64,000 bases of DNA from Myxococcota bacterium (GTDB lineage: Bacteria > Myxococcota_A > UBA9160 > JAFDDA01), in the NCBI GenBank assembly GCA_965228475.1, contig OZ245817.1:1440001-1504000 (forward strand), given 5' to 3'. Position numbers and translations under genes: made by a program. The notes beneath the pieces were generated by a model. That model made no database searches. It was not told where the DNA came from and saw only the letters and a list, made by a program, of their open reading frames with translations. This document shows, piece after piece, positions 18,475-28,601 of this stretch; positions within the stretch are counted from its first letter, which is position 1; each line of letters begins with the position of its first letter.

Positions 18475-20982
18475 ATGGCAAAGATCAGGGCCTACAAGCT
18501 CGCGGAAGAGCTCGGCATCGATCGTTCGGACATCGTCGAACGCGCGGGAGCCGTGGGCATCGAGCTCAAGAGCCCGATGTCGTCCCTCGACGACGAGGAG
18601 GCGGAACAGCTCCGCGAGAAGCTCGGCAAGCCCAGCAAGCCGAAGGGTGAGGTCGTCGAGCGGCGCGTCGAAGGGCGCGGCGGCGCGACGATCATCCGCC
18701 GCAAGCGCAAGAAGGCGCCGGAACCCGAGCCCGAGCCGGAGCCCGTCGCCGAGGAGCCCGAGGCGGTGGAAGCACCGGCCGAGGCGGCGGAGGCCGAGCC
18801 CGAGGCCACGCCCGAGCCCGAAGCCGTGCCCGAGCCGGTCGCTGCCGAGGCGCCCGAGGAAGCCGTCGCGGCTGCGAGCGCCGAGCAGGCGCCCGAGGCG
18901 CCGAAGGGACCCGCGGCCGATTCGCCCGGCGAAGCGCCGGCCGGCCCCGCCGGCGCCACCGGAGCCCCCGCCGGCGAGCGCAAGCCGCCGGGGCCGTCGA
19001 CGCCGGATTCGGCGAAGCCCGCGAAGCCGAAGAAGGCCTTCCGCGAGGTCGTGAACCTGCGCGAGCAGGAGCAGCTCGCACGCCAGGCGACCACGCGAAC
19101 CACGCAGCGCCGCCCGGTCACCACCGTCGATCCGCGCGCCTTCCAGTCCCCGCGGCGCAAGCGCCGGGACGCGGCGCCGAAGAAGGCCGCGCCGGCGCCC
19201 GCTGCCGCGTCGAAGGTCGCGAAGATCGTCCGCGTCGAGGGCGAGATCAGCGTCGCCGAGCTCGCGAAGCAGCTCGGGGCGAAGGCCGCCGAGGTCCAGG
19301 GCAAGCTCATGGGCTTCGGGACGATGGTCGGCATCAACCAGACCATCGATTCCGACGTCGCCCGCAAGGTCGCCGATGCCTACGGCGCCGAGGTCCAGGA
19401 CACGGGCTTCAAGGAAGAGGAGGCGCTCGCGAGCGTCCGCACCGGGGAGGTCGACGAGTCGGCGCTCGAGGGGCGGCCGCCGGTGATCACCGTCATGGGC
19501 CACGTCGACCACGGGAAGACGTCGCTGCTCGACGCCCTGCGCGAGGCCAACGTCGTCGCGGGCGAGGCCGGCGGCATCACCCAGCACATCGGCGCGTATC
19601 AGACCGAGATCGACGGAGCGAAGCTGACCTTCATCGATACGCCGGGCCACGCCGCCTTCACCGAGATGCGCGCGCGGGGGGCGCAGATCACGGACATTGT
19701 GATCCTGATCGTCGCCGCCAGCGAAGGCGTGATGCCCCAGACCGAGGAGGCCATCAGCCACGCCAAGGCCGCGGGCGTTCCGATCCTCGTCGCCATCAAC
19801 AAGTGCGACCTGCCCGGCGCCGACCCGACGCGGACGCGGCAGTCGCTGCTCGAACACGACCTCGTTCCCGAGGAGTTCGGCGGCGACGTGATCACCGTCG
19901 AGATCTCGGCGCTGAAGAAGACCGGCCTCGACAAACTGCTCGAACTGCTCGCCCTCCAGGCCGAGGTCCTCGAGCTGAAGGCCGACCCGAACCAGCCCGC
20001 CACGGGCGTCGTGCTCGAAGCCGAGCTCGACAAGGGCCGCGGGCCCGTCGCCACCGTGCTCGTCAAGGAGGGCACGCTCCGCCGCGGCGACGCCATGGTC
20101 GTCGGCACGAGCTACGGCCGCATTCGCGCGATGCAGGACGAGAACGGCAAGCGCCTGAACGAGGCGCCGCCGAGCACGCCGGTGCAGGTGATCGGGCTCT
20201 CCTCGGTGCCGGGGGCGGGCGAGGTGTTCCACGTCGCCGAGAGCGAGCGCGCGGCGAAGGACGTGGCCGAGCACCGCGAGGACCAGCAGCGCGGCCGGGT
20301 GGCCGGCGCTCCGGCTCCGCGCCGCAGCCTCGAGGATCTCTTCGCCCAGGCGGGCGAGGGCGGCATGAAGGAGCTGAACGTCGTGCTGAAGGCCGACGTG
20401 CAGGGCTCCCTCGAGGCCGTGCGCGACGCCCTGGTCAAGCTCGGCAACGACGAGGTCAAGGTCGAGGTGCTGCACGCCGGCGTCGGCGGCATCACCGAGA
20501 ACGACGTGAACCTCGCGCAGACGGGCGAGGCCATCGTGGTCGGCTTCAACGTCCGGCCGGACCCGGCGGCGCGCAAGGCCGCGGATTCGACGGGCGTCGA
20601 CATGCGCATGTACCGCGTGATCTACGAGCTCACCGACGAAGTGAAGCTCGCCATGGCCGGGCTCCTGCCGCCGCGCATCGAGGAGAACGCCCTCGGCCGC
20701 GCCGAGGTGCGGGAGACCTTCACCGTGCCGAAGATCGGGACGATCGCCGGTTGCTATATGGTCGAGGGCAAGGCCCAGCGCAACGCCAAGTGCCGCCTGG
20801 TCCGCGACGGCGTGGTCGTCCACGAGGGGCAGCTCGGTTCGCTCCGGCGATTCAAGGACGACGTGCGCGAGGTCCAGACCGGCTTCGAGTGCGGCATTGG
20901 CATCGACGGCTACGGAGACGTCAAGGTCGGCGACGTGATCGAGATCTACGTCCTCGAGGAGCGCGCGGCCACCCTCGAATGA
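18475..20982 (+). CDS. infB: Translation initiation factor IF-2
   Basis: [70 protein letters not shown]. Confidence 0.98.
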   Translation: MAKIRAYKLAEELGIDRSDIVERAGAVGIELKSPMSSLDDEEAEQLREKLGKPSKPKGEVVERRVEGRGGATIIRRKRKKAPEPEPEPEPVAEEPEAVEAPAEAAEAEPEATPEPEAVPEPVAAEAPEEAVAAASAEQAPEAPKGPAADSPGEAPAGPAGATGAPAGERKPPGPSTPDSAKPAKPKKAFREVVNLREQEQLARQATTRTTQRRPVTTVDPRAFQSPRRKRRDAAPKKAAPAPAAASKVAKIVRVEGEISVAELAKQLGAKAAEVQGKLMGFGTMVGINQTIDSDVARKVADAYGAEVQDTGFKEEEALASVRTGEVDESALEGRPPVITVMGHVDHGKTSLLDALREANVVAGEAGGITQHIGAYQTEIDGAKLTFIDTPGHAAFTEMRARGAQITDIVILIVAASEGVMPQTEEAISHAKAAGVPILVAINKCDLPGADPTRTRQSLLEHDLVPEEFGGDVITVEISALKKTGLDKLLELLALQAEVLELKADPNQPATGVVLEAELDKGRGPVATVLVKEGTLRRGDAMVVGTSYGRIRAMQDENGKRLNEAPPSTPVQVIGLSSVPGAGEVFHVAESERAAKDVAEHREDQQRGRVAGAPAPRRSLEDLFAQAGEGGMKELNVVLKADVQGSLEAVRDALVKLGNDEVKVEVLHAGVGGITENDVNLAQTGEAIVVGFNVRPDPAARKAADSTGVDMRMYRVIYELTDEVKLAMAGLLPPRIEENALGRAEVRETFTVPKIGTIAGCYMVEGKAQRNAKCRLVRDGVVVHEGQLGSLRRFKDDVREVQTGFECGIGIDGYGDVKVGDVIEIYVLEERAATLE

Positions 20983-21341
20983 TCGTCGGGGCGGCCGTCG
21001 TCGAGCTCCACCTGGAGGGCTGTCGGTCCCTGAAGCAGAAGCGCGGCGTCGTCCGGTCCATCACCCAGCGTGTCCGCAACGGCTTCCGCGTCTCCATCGC
21101 CGAGGTGGGTGGGCAGCACACCTGGACCCAATCGACGCTCGGGGTCACGACGGTCGGCAGCGATGCCGTGCTCGTCCGGCAGGTGCTCGACCGGGTGGTG
21201 GACTTCATCGAGGGGCTGCATCTGGCGGAGCTGGTCGCGCAGGAGATCGAGATCCTGCGCATGCCCCTGGCCGGGGACGACGACGAAGAAGACGACGACT
21301 GGGAAGACGTCGAAGCGTTCGAGGAAGACGAGGAGGCGTGA
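20979..21341 (+). CDS. DUF503 (YlxP-like) protein
   Basis: ATGA overlap with infB; SLKQKRGVVRSI...VSIAEVG; conserved infB-DUF503-rbfA order. Confidence 0.85.
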   Translation: MIVGAAVVELHLEGCRSLKQKRGVVRSITQRVRNGFRVSIAEVGGQHTWTQSTLGVTTVGSDAVLVRQVLDRVVDFIEGLHLAELVAQEIEILRMPLAGDDDEEDDDWEDVEAFEEDEEA

Positions 21342-21344
21342 GGG

Positions 21345-21701
21345 ATGTCGCGGCGCACGGAAAGGATCGGCGAACAGATTCGCGCCGAGCTCTCGCGTCT
21401 GCTGCGCGAGGAGATCACGGACCCGCGCGTCGGCCTCGTGAGCGTGACGCGCATCGACGTCGCGCCGGACCTTTCGAACGCCCGCGTCTACTGGAGCACC
21501 CTCGACGGCCCGGCGCAGCCCGAGCCCGCCGAGACCGCGAAGGGCCTCGCTTCGGCCGCCGGCTTCCTGCGCCGGCAGCTCTCGCGAACGCTCCCCACGC
21601 GACGCGTTCCGGAGCTCCGCTTCGAGCACGACCCCTCTCTTGCCGCCGGGACCGAGACCCTGGCGCTGATTTCGGAGCTCTCTCATGAGTCGGAGGAGTA
21701 G
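21345..21701 (+). CDS. rbfA: 30S ribosome-binding factor A
   Basis: RRTERIGEQIRAELS, DPRVG, DLSNARVY, AAGFLR, RRVPELRFEHD. Confidence 0.93.
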   Translation: MSRRTERIGEQIRAELSRLLREEITDPRVGLVSVTRIDVAPDLSNARVYWSTLDGPAQPEPAETAKGLASAAGFLRRQLSRTLPTRRVPELRFEHDPSLAAGTETLALISELSHESEE

Positions 21702-22617
21702 GCGGCCCGAGCCGCCCGGACCGGCGGGCTTCCTCGTGGTCGACAAGCCGCGCGGAGCCACGTCCCACGACATGGTCGATGCCGCGCGCGCCTGGCTGGG
21801 CACGCGCCGCGTCGGGCACCTCGGCACCCTCGACCCGCTGGCGACGGGCCTGCTGCCGCTGGCCGTGCGCGGCGCGACGAAGCTCGTCTCCTTCGTGGAC
21901 GGCGCGAAGGTCTACTGGTCGCGCATCCGCCTCGGGATCGAGACCGACACCCTCGACGCCGAGGGCACCGAGACCGCGCGCCACGAAGGGCCGCTGCCCG
22001 ACGAGGCGGCCATCGCCGAGGCGCTCGAGCAGTTCCAGGGCGAGATCGAGCAGATCCCGCCCATGTACAGCGCGGTCAAGCGCGACGGCGTGCCGCTCTA
22101 CAAGCTCGCGCGCAAGGGCGAGGAGGTGGAGCGCGAGCCGCGCCGCATCGAGATCCACTCGATCACCCTGCTGCGCTACGAGGCGCCGGACCTCGAGATC
22201 GAGGTCTCCTGCTCGCCGGGCACCTACGTCCGGGTGCTGGCCCAGGACCTCGGGCGCGCGCTCGGTTGCGGCGGCCACCTGGCGGACCTGCGCCGGACCG
22301 GGAACGGCCCCTTCACCCTCGAGATGGCCGCGACCCCCGAGGACCTCCAGGCCGCGGCCGACGCCGGGAAGATCGAAGAGCTCCTGGTCTCTCCGGCCGA
22401 GGGCGTCGGGCTGCCCCAGGTGCCGCTCGACCTCGCCCAGATCCAGCGCGTGCTCCACGGCGGTGAGATCCGCTCGGGCGCCCTCGCTCGGGAGGCCGTC
22501 GGAGGCCGCTACGCCGGAGTCGACCGGGACGGGGAGCTGATCGCGATCCTGGAACTCGGCCCCGCGGGGATGCTCCGGCCGGTTCGGGTCCTTCGCCAGG
22601 ACGCGGGACCGCGGTGA
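21685..22617 (+). CDS. truB: tRNA pseudouridine(55) synthase
   Basis: VDKPRGATSHD, VGHLGTLDPLATGLL, QIPPMYSAVK, CSPGTYVRVLAQDLG. Confidence 0.96.
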   Translation: MSRRSRRPEPPGPAGFLVVDKPRGATSHDMVDAARAWLGTRRVGHLGTLDPLATGLLPLAVRGATKLVSFVDGAKVYWSRIRLGIETDTLDAEGTETARHEGPLPDEAAIAEALEQFQGEIEQIPPMYSAVKRDGVPLYKLARKGEEVEREPRRIEIHSITLLRYEAPDLEIEVSCSPGTYVRVLAQDLGRALGCGGHLADLRRTGNGPFTLEMAATPEDLQAAADAGKIEELLVSPAEGVGLPQVPLDLAQIQRVLHGGEIRSGALAREAVGGRYAGVDRDGELIAILELGPAGMLRPVRVLRQDAGPR

Positions 22618-22771
22618 ACGCCCCTCGCCCCAGGCGGCGCCGCTTGCTCCCCGGAGCCGGTTTTGTTAACTCCACTGCGACCTTCCGTAGCGGGCCCTTC
22701 GCGCACGCCGCGTTTTCGTTCCCTCGATCCTCGTCACCGGTTCCCAGGTTCTGGGGCGATGGAGAAGAACA

Positions 22772-23038
22772 TTGATCAGCACTGCCAAGAAGAATGAGCT
22801 CGTCAACGAGTACCGGACGCACGAAAAGGACACCGGGTCCCCGGAAGTCCAGGTCGCGATCCTCACTACCCGGATCAACGAGCTGCAAGACCACTTCAAG
22901 GTCCACAAGAAGGACCACCATTCGCGCCGCGGCCTGCTCATGCTCGTGAGCCAGCGCCGTCGGCTGCTCGACTACCTGAGGAGGAAGAGTCCCGAGCGTT
23001 ACCAGACGCTCATCCAGAAGCTCGGCTTGCGACGCTAG
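22772..23038 (+). CDS. rpsO: 30S ribosomal protein S15
   Basis: [33 protein letters not shown] start after GGAG. Confidence 0.97.
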   Translation: MISTAKKNELVNEYRTHEKDTGSPEVQVAILTTRINELQDHFKVHKKDHHSRRGLLMLVSQRRRLLDYLRRKSPERYQTLIQKLGLRR

Positions 23039-23095
23039 CCGGGCGCCGCGCCTCCCAGGTGGGAAGGGGCGGCACCACACCACATCGTTGGGGTG

Positions 23096-23238
23096 TCGGG
23101 CGACCGCAGGTCGATAGTCGGCCTGCGAACTGAGTTCCGAAAGTTGACCCAAGGAATGTGGGAATCCGCCATGCGCGAGAGCCCCGGCTCTCTCGCCCAT
23201 CGCCGATCCCGCATTCCCCTGATTCATCGCTCGCCCGA
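23096..23238 (+). other. Structured rpsO-pnp intergenic RNA (candidate pnp leader)
   Basis: TCGGGCGA 23096-23103 pairs with TCGCCCGA 23231-23238 and encloses hairpin 23105-23127, stem 23153-23163/23207-23217 and inner hairpin 23175-23196. Confidence 0.5.
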
Positions 23239-23305
23239 TCCACTCCCGCGGTTCTCGCCGGTACGTGCCCCCTTGAAACGGGCCGCCGGCAGGAGATGGA
23301 TCTCC

Positions 23306-25492
23306 ATGTCGAATTCCTATTGGTTCGAACCGACCACGACCACCGTGAAGGTGGGCGGGGATACGTTCACACTCGAGACGGGCAAGATGGCCAAGCAGGC
23401 CTCGAGCTGCGTCGTCACCTGGGGCGATACCCAGGTGCTGGTCACCGCCACGCGCGCGAAGCCGCGCCCGGGCATCGACTTCTTCCCGCTGACCGTCGAC
23501 TTCGTCGAGAAGACCTCGGCGGCGGGCAAGATCCCCGGCGGCTTCTTCAAGCGTGAAGGTCGCCTCTCGGACCGCGAGGTTCTGGTCTCGCGCTTCATCG
23601 ACCGCTCGATCCGCCCGCTGTTCGCCGACGGCTACATGGACGAGACCCAGATCATCGCCACCGTGCTCTCGGCGGACGGCGAGCATCAGCCGGACGTGGC
23701 GGCCTTCCTCGGTGCCTCGACGGCGCTGACGATCTCGCCGCTGCCGTTCCTCGGGCCGATCTCGGCGGTGCGTGTCGGCCGCATCGACGGCCAGCTCATC
23801 GCGAACCCGAAGGTCTCCCAGCGCGAGGAGAGCGACCTCGACCTGATCGTCGCCGGCAGCCGCAACGCGGTGGTGATGGTCGAAGGCGGCGCCAACGAGG
23901 TGCCCGAGGGCGACATGGTCGATGCCCTGAAGTTCGGCCACGAGCACATCGTTCCCCAGCTCGACCCGCAGCTCGATCTGCAGCAGAAGGTCGGCAAGGA
24001 GAAGATGGTGATGGCGGTCCCGGAGGACATCTCGTCCCTCGAGACCGAGATCCGCGGCAAGGCCGAGGCGCGCCTCAAGGAAGCGGTCCAGATCCGCGAG
24101 AAGCACGACCGCTACGCCAAGGTCGGCGAGATCGAGAAGGAGGTCCTCGAGGGCTACGTCACGGCGTACCGCGAGGAGAAGTTCACGATCGACTCGCTCG
24201 AGGCCTACGAGAGCCGGCGCGACGGGCTCGCGAAGCTCACGGGCCAGGTGAAGGGCCTGCTCAAGTCGATCCACGCGAACGTGGTGCGCGAGATGGTGCT
24301 CTCCGAGCGCGTGCGCATCGACGGCCGCGCGACCGACGAGATCCGCAACATCGCGAGCGAGCTCGCGGTGGCGAAGAAGGCCCACGGAACGGGCCTGTTC
24401 ACGCGCGGTGAGACCCAGGCGCTGGTCTACACGACGCTCGGCTCTAGCCGGGACGGGCAGACCATCGATGCCCTGACCGAGCGCTACGAGAAGCGCTTCC
24501 TGCTGCACTACAACTTCCCGCCGTTCTCGGTGGGCGAGGCGCGCTTCCTGCGCGGCCCCGGCCGCCGCGAGGTGGGCCACGGGACGCTCGCCGAGCGGGC
24601 GCTCACGCCGGTGCTGCCCGATCAGGACGACTTCCCCTACACGATCCGTGTGGTCTCGGAAGTGCTCGAGAGCAACGGCAGCTCGTCCATGGCGACGGTC
24701 TGCGGGGGCACGCTCTCCATGCTCGATGCGGGTGTGAAGCTGAAGGCGCCGGTGGCCGGCATCGCCATGGGTCTGATCCAGGACGGCGACCGCGTGGCCG
24801 TGCTCTCGGACATCCTCGGCGACGAGGACCATCTCGGCGACATGGACTTCAAGGTGTGCGGGACGACCAAGGGCATCACCGCGCTCCAGATGGACATCAA
24901 GATCACCGAGGTGGACTGGGACGTGATGGAGAAGGCCCTGGCGCAGGCGCGCGAGGGGCGGCTCCACATCCTCGACTGCATGGAGCGGGACGTGAAGGAC
25001 GCGCTCGGCGGGCTGCAGCCGCGCGAAGACCTCTCGGCGAACGCGCCGCGGGTCGAGGTCATCACGATCAAGCCGGACCGCATCCGCGACGTCATCGGGC
25101 CGGGCGGCAAGGTCATCCGCGCCATCCAGGACACGACGGGCGCGAACATCGACGTCGAGGACTCGGGCCAGGTCACGATCTTCTCGCCGGACCTCGACGC
25201 GCTCACGCGCGCTCGTTCGATGGTCGAGGAGCTCACCCAGGAAGCCGAGATCGGGAAGCTCTACCTCGGCAAGGTGAAGCGGGTCACGGACTTCGGCTGC
25301 TTCGTCGAGATCTTCCCGGGGACGGACGGGCTCGTGCACATCAGCCACCTGGCCGAGGGCCGCGTGGAGCGCGTGACCGACGTCGCCGACGAGGGCGACG
25401 AGCTCATGGTGAAGTGCATCGACATCGACCCGTCGGGCCGCATCCGCCTCTCCCGCAAGGAGGCTCTCGCGGACGCCGTCGAGGGTGCCTGA
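23306..25492 (+). CDS. pnp: Polyribonucleotide nucleotidyltransferase (PNPase)
   Basis: DFFPLTVD, AAGKIPGGFFKREG, FTRGETQAL, RREVGHG, ESNGSSSMA, DHLGDMDFKV, KH and S1 domains. Confidence 0.98.
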   Translation: MSNSYWFEPTTTTVKVGGDTFTLETGKMAKQASSCVVTWGDTQVLVTATRAKPRPGIDFFPLTVDFVEKTSAAGKIPGGFFKREGRLSDREVLVSRFIDRSIRPLFADGYMDETQIIATVLSADGEHQPDVAAFLGASTALTISPLPFLGPISAVRVGRIDGQLIANPKVSQREESDLDLIVAGSRNAVVMVEGGANEVPEGDMVDALKFGHEHIVPQLDPQLDLQQKVGKEKMVMAVPEDISSLETEIRGKAEARLKEAVQIREKHDRYAKVGEIEKEVLEGYVTAYREEKFTIDSLEAYESRRDGLAKLTGQVKGLLKSIHANVVREMVLSERVRIDGRATDEIRNIASELAVAKKAHGTGLFTRGETQALVYTTLGSSRDGQTIDALTERYEKRFLLHYNFPPFSVGEARFLRGPGRREVGHGTLAERALTPVLPDQDDFPYTIRVVSEVLESNGSSSMATVCGGTLSMLDAGVKLKAPVAGIAMGLIQDGDRVAVLSDILGDEDHLGDMDFKVCGTTKGITALQMDIKITEVDWDVMEKALAQAREGRLHILDCMERDVKDALGGLQPREDLSANAPRVEVITIKPDRIRDVIGPGGKVIRAIQDTTGANIDVEDSGQVTIFSPDLDALTRARSMVEELTQEAEIGKLYLGKVKRVTDFGCFVEIFPGTDGLVHISHLAEGRVERVTDVADEGDELMVKCIDIDPSGRIRLSRKEALADAVEGA

Positions 25493-25531
25493 AACGGGGG
25501 CCCGAGGTGTCTAGCGCGGCGCGCGTCCGAC

Positions 25532-26020
25532 ATGTCTGAACCGGCGCGCGTCCGGTTGGCGCGCATCGCCGGGGCGGAAGACCTTCCGCTCCCGAAGCCC
25601 GCGACCCCCGGGTCGGCCGGGCTGGATCTCGCCGCGGCCGTCGAGGAGGACCTGGTGGTCCCCCCCGGCGGCCGCGCGCTCGTTCCGACGGGGCTGCGCA
25701 TCGCGGTCCCGCCGGGCTACGAGGCCCAGATCCGGCCGCGCAGCGGGCTGGCCCTGCGCGAGGGCATCGTCCTCCCGAATTCTCCCGGGACCATCGACTC
25801 GGACTATCGCGGGGAGGTGCGCGTGATCCTCTGGAACGCGGGCAGCGAGCCGTTCACGATCGAGCGCGGCGACCGCATCGCACAGCTCGTGGTCGCACCG
25901 GTCGCCACCGTGGCCTTCGAGGAGGTCCAGGAGCTCGAGGCCACCGAGCGCGGCGAGGGCGGCTTCGGCCATACTGGCGTCGCCGGAGGCAGCGGGCCTT
26001 CGGGTGAGGGAGCTTCATGA
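25532..26020 (+). CDS. dut: dUTP diphosphatase
   Basis: [44 protein letters not shown]. Confidence 0.96.
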   Translation: MSEPARVRLARIAGAEDLPLPKPATPGSAGLDLAAAVEEDLVVPPGGRALVPTGLRIAVPPGYEAQIRPRSGLALREGIVLPNSPGTIDSDYRGEVRVILWNAGSEPFTIERGDRIAQLVVAPVATVAFEEVQELEATERGEGGFGHTGVAGGSGPSGEGAS

Positions 26021-27006
26021 CCACCGAAGAGCCGATTCCCGGAGCGGCGGGCCCCGAGCCCGTGCACCCGCGCCCGCCGACGCCGCGCGACGCGCCGGCC
26101 GAGGCGCCCAAGAAGGAGAAGAGCGACCTCGGCGCCCGCATCCTGACGGCGAGCATCCTGATCCCGCTCGTGCTCTGGCTGATCGCCCAGGGCGGCCTGC
26201 TCTACCTCGCCGCCGTGATCGGCTTCATCCTGCTCGGGATGCGCGAGTTCTACGCCCTGATCGAGGAGAAGGGCGCGCACCCCCTGGCGAACTGGGGCTA
26301 TGCGGCCGGGGCGGCCCTGCCGATCGTCGCCTACTTCGGCAACGAGTATCACTCGACCCTGCTGATGACGGTCGTGCTGCTCGGGGTGATGTTCAATCAG
26401 CTGCGTCGGCCCCGCATCGAGGAGGCCCTGGCGAGCATCTCGGGCACCTTCTTCGGCGTCTTCTACGTGGGCTGGCTGTTCTCCCACGCGATCGTGCTCC
26501 GCAACTTCCACGGCGTGGTCGAAAGCAAGTACGGCCTGCCCGCCGCGCTCATGCACGCCCCGGAATCCGGCGCCTACTACATGGTCTTCGCGGCGACCTG
26601 CCTCGTCGCGTGCGACGCCGGCGCGTACTTCGCCGGGCGGCAGTTCGGCCGCCGGAAGCTCGCGCCGAAGATCAGCCCGGGGAAGTCCGTCGAAGGCGCG
26701 ATCGGGGGCATCCTGGTCGGAACGGCGTTTGGCCCCGCCGTGAAGGCCTTCTTCGATCTCTTCTGGCCCGAGCTCACCGGCGGCTTCGGCTGGGGCGCCG
26801 CGCTCGTCTTCGGCTTCCTGCTCTCGATCGTCGGCATGCTCGGCGACCTCGTGGAATCCCTGCTCAAGCGCGACGCCGAGGTGAAGGACGCCGGCGGCAT
26901 GCTGCCGGGCATGGGCGGCATCCTCGACCGCCTGGACTCCCCGCTGCTCGGAATTCCGCTGATGTACTATCTGCTGCTCGCCCACACGTACCTCCAGGTA
27001 GGCTGA
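26017..27006 (+). CDS. cdsA: Phosphatidate cytidylyltransferase
   Basis: [58 protein letters not shown]. Confidence 0.92.
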   Translation: MTTEEPIPGAAGPEPVHPRPPTPRDAPAEAPKKEKSDLGARILTASILIPLVLWLIAQGGLLYLAAVIGFILLGMREFYALIEEKGAHPLANWGYAAGAALPIVAYFGNEYHSTLLMTVVLLGVMFNQLRRPRIEEALASISGTFFGVFYVGWLFSHAIVLRNFHGVVESKYGLPAALMHAPESGAYYMVFAATCLVACDAGAYFAGRQFGRRKLAPKISPGKSVEGAIGGILVGTAFGPAVKAFFDLFWPELTGGFGWGAALVFGFLLSIVGMLGDLVESLLKRDAEVKDAGGMLPGMGGILDRLDSPLLGIPLMYYLLLAHTYLQVG

Positions 27007-28310
27007 TGATCGACCGCTACGCCCGCCCCGAAATGAAGGAGATCTGGAGCCAGGAGGCGAAGTACCGCCGCTGGCTCGACGTGGAGATCGCCGTGTGCGA
27101 CGTGCTCGCCGAGCGCGGCGTGATCCCGGCCTCCGCCGTCGAGACGATCCGCCAGAAGGCCGGCTTCTCGGTCGCGCGCATCGACGAGATCGAGCGCGAG
27201 GTGAAGCACGACGTGATCGCGTTCCTCACCAACGTGGCGGAACACGTCGGTCCGGACTCGCGCTTCATCCACTACGGCATGACCTCGAGCGACGTGCTCG
27301 ATACGGCCCTCGCGCTCCAGATCCGCGACGCCGGGCGGCTCGTGCTCGAGGGCGTCGACCTCGCCGCCCGGGCGCTCCGCGCCCGCGCCATCGAGCACAA
27401 GCACACCGTCTGCGTCGGCCGGACCCACGGCGTACACGGCGAACCGACGACCTTTGGCCTGAAGCTGCTCGTCTACTACGCCGAGCTCCGCCGCGGCCGC
27501 GAGCGCCTCGCGCGCGCCCTCGACGAGGCGGCGGTCGGCAAGATCTCCGGCGCCGTCGGCACTTTCGCCCACCTCGATCCGGACGTGGAGCGGAGCGTGT
27601 GCGAGCGGCTCGGCATCGGCTTCGAACCGGCCGCCACCCAGATCGTCCAGCGCGACCGCCACGCGAACTTCAGCGCGGCGCTCGCGCTCATCGGCGGGAG
27701 CCTCGACAAGTTCTCGGTCGAGTTCCGCCACCTCGCCCGCACCGAGGTGCGCGAGGTCCAGGAGGACTTCGGGAAGGGCCAGAAGGGCTCCTCGGCCATG
27801 CCGCACAAGCGCAACCCGTGGCGCTTCGAGAACCTCTCGGGGCTTTCGCGCATCCTTCGCGGCCACGCCGTCGCGGCGATGGAGAACACGGCGCTCTGGC
27901 ACGAGCGCGACATGAGCAACAGCTCGGTCGAGCGCATCACCCTGCCGGATTCGACGACGCTGCTCGACTTCATGCTCCACCGCTTCGCCGGCCTCGTCGA
28001 GCGGCTGGTCGTCTACCCGGATCGCATGATGGCGAACCTCGAGATGACCCACGGCCTCGTCTACAGCGGCACGCTGCTGCTCGCCCTGGCCGAGACCGGC
28101 CTCACGCGCGAGGAGTCCTACGCCCTGGTGCAGGGCCACGCCATGGAGACCTGGGAGCAGGGCGGAAGCTTCCGCGACCGCGTCGAGGCGGACGAGCGCA
28201 TCACGAAGGCGCTCTCCGCGCAGCAGATCGGCGAGGTCTTCGATCTCTCCCACACCCTGCGCAACGTGGAGGCGATCTTCGATCGCACCCTCGAGCAGGT
28301 CGATCCGTGA
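27006..28310 (+). CDS. purB: Adenylosuccinate lyase
   Basis: [63 protein letters not shown]. Confidence 0.97.
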   Translation: MIDRYARPEMKEIWSQEAKYRRWLDVEIAVCDVLAERGVIPASAVETIRQKAGFSVARIDEIEREVKHDVIAFLTNVAEHVGPDSRFIHYGMTSSDVLDTALALQIRDAGRLVLEGVDLAARALRARAIEHKHTVCVGRTHGVHGEPTTFGLKLLVYYAELRRGRERLARALDEAAVGKISGAVGTFAHLDPDVERSVCERLGIGFEPAATQIVQRDRHANFSAALALIGGSLDKFSVEFRHLARTEVREVQEDFGKGQKGSSAMPHKRNPWRFENLSGLSRILRGHAVAAMENTALWHERDMSNSSVERITLPDSTTLLDFMLHRFAGLVERLVVYPDRMMANLEMTHGLVYSGTLLLALAETGLTREESYALVQGHAMETWEQGGSFRDRVEADERITKALSAQQIGEVFDLSHTLRNVEAIFDRTLEQVDP

Positions 28311-28335
28311 ACGAAGCACGCAAGGAGACCCGGCC

Positions 28336-28581
28336 GTGAACGCGCTGATCCACGTGACCCTGAAGACCGACGTGCTCGACCCCCAAGGCAAGGCGATCCA
28401 GAACGCCTGCGGCTCGCTCGGCTACGAGGGCATTCGGAGCGTCCGCCAGGGGAAGCTCTTCGAAGTGGAGCTCGACGCCGCCGACGAAACCGCGGCCCGC
28501 GCGCTGCTGGCGGAGCTCTCCGAGAAGCTGCTCTCGAACCCGGTCATCGAAGACTTCGAGATCGTCCGCGTCGAGGGCTAG
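28336..28581 (+). CDS. purS: Phosphoribosylformylglycinamidine synthase subunit PurS
   Basis: VTLKTDVLDPQGKAI, VRQGK, KLLSNPVIEDF; RBS AAGGAG before GTG. Confidence 0.95.
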   Translation: MNALIHVTLKTDVLDPQGKAIQNACGSLGYEGIRSVRQGKLFEVELDAADETAARALLAELSEKLLSNPVIEDFEIVRVEG

Positions 28582-28601
28582 CCCCTCCGCGGCTTCGCCG
28601 T

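Noticed and set aside
22618..22771. Possible S15 autoregulatory leader and promoter upstream of rpsO
   Set aside because: Only a short CCCAG/CTGGG stem and an imperfect -10 are visible; too weak to call without covariation
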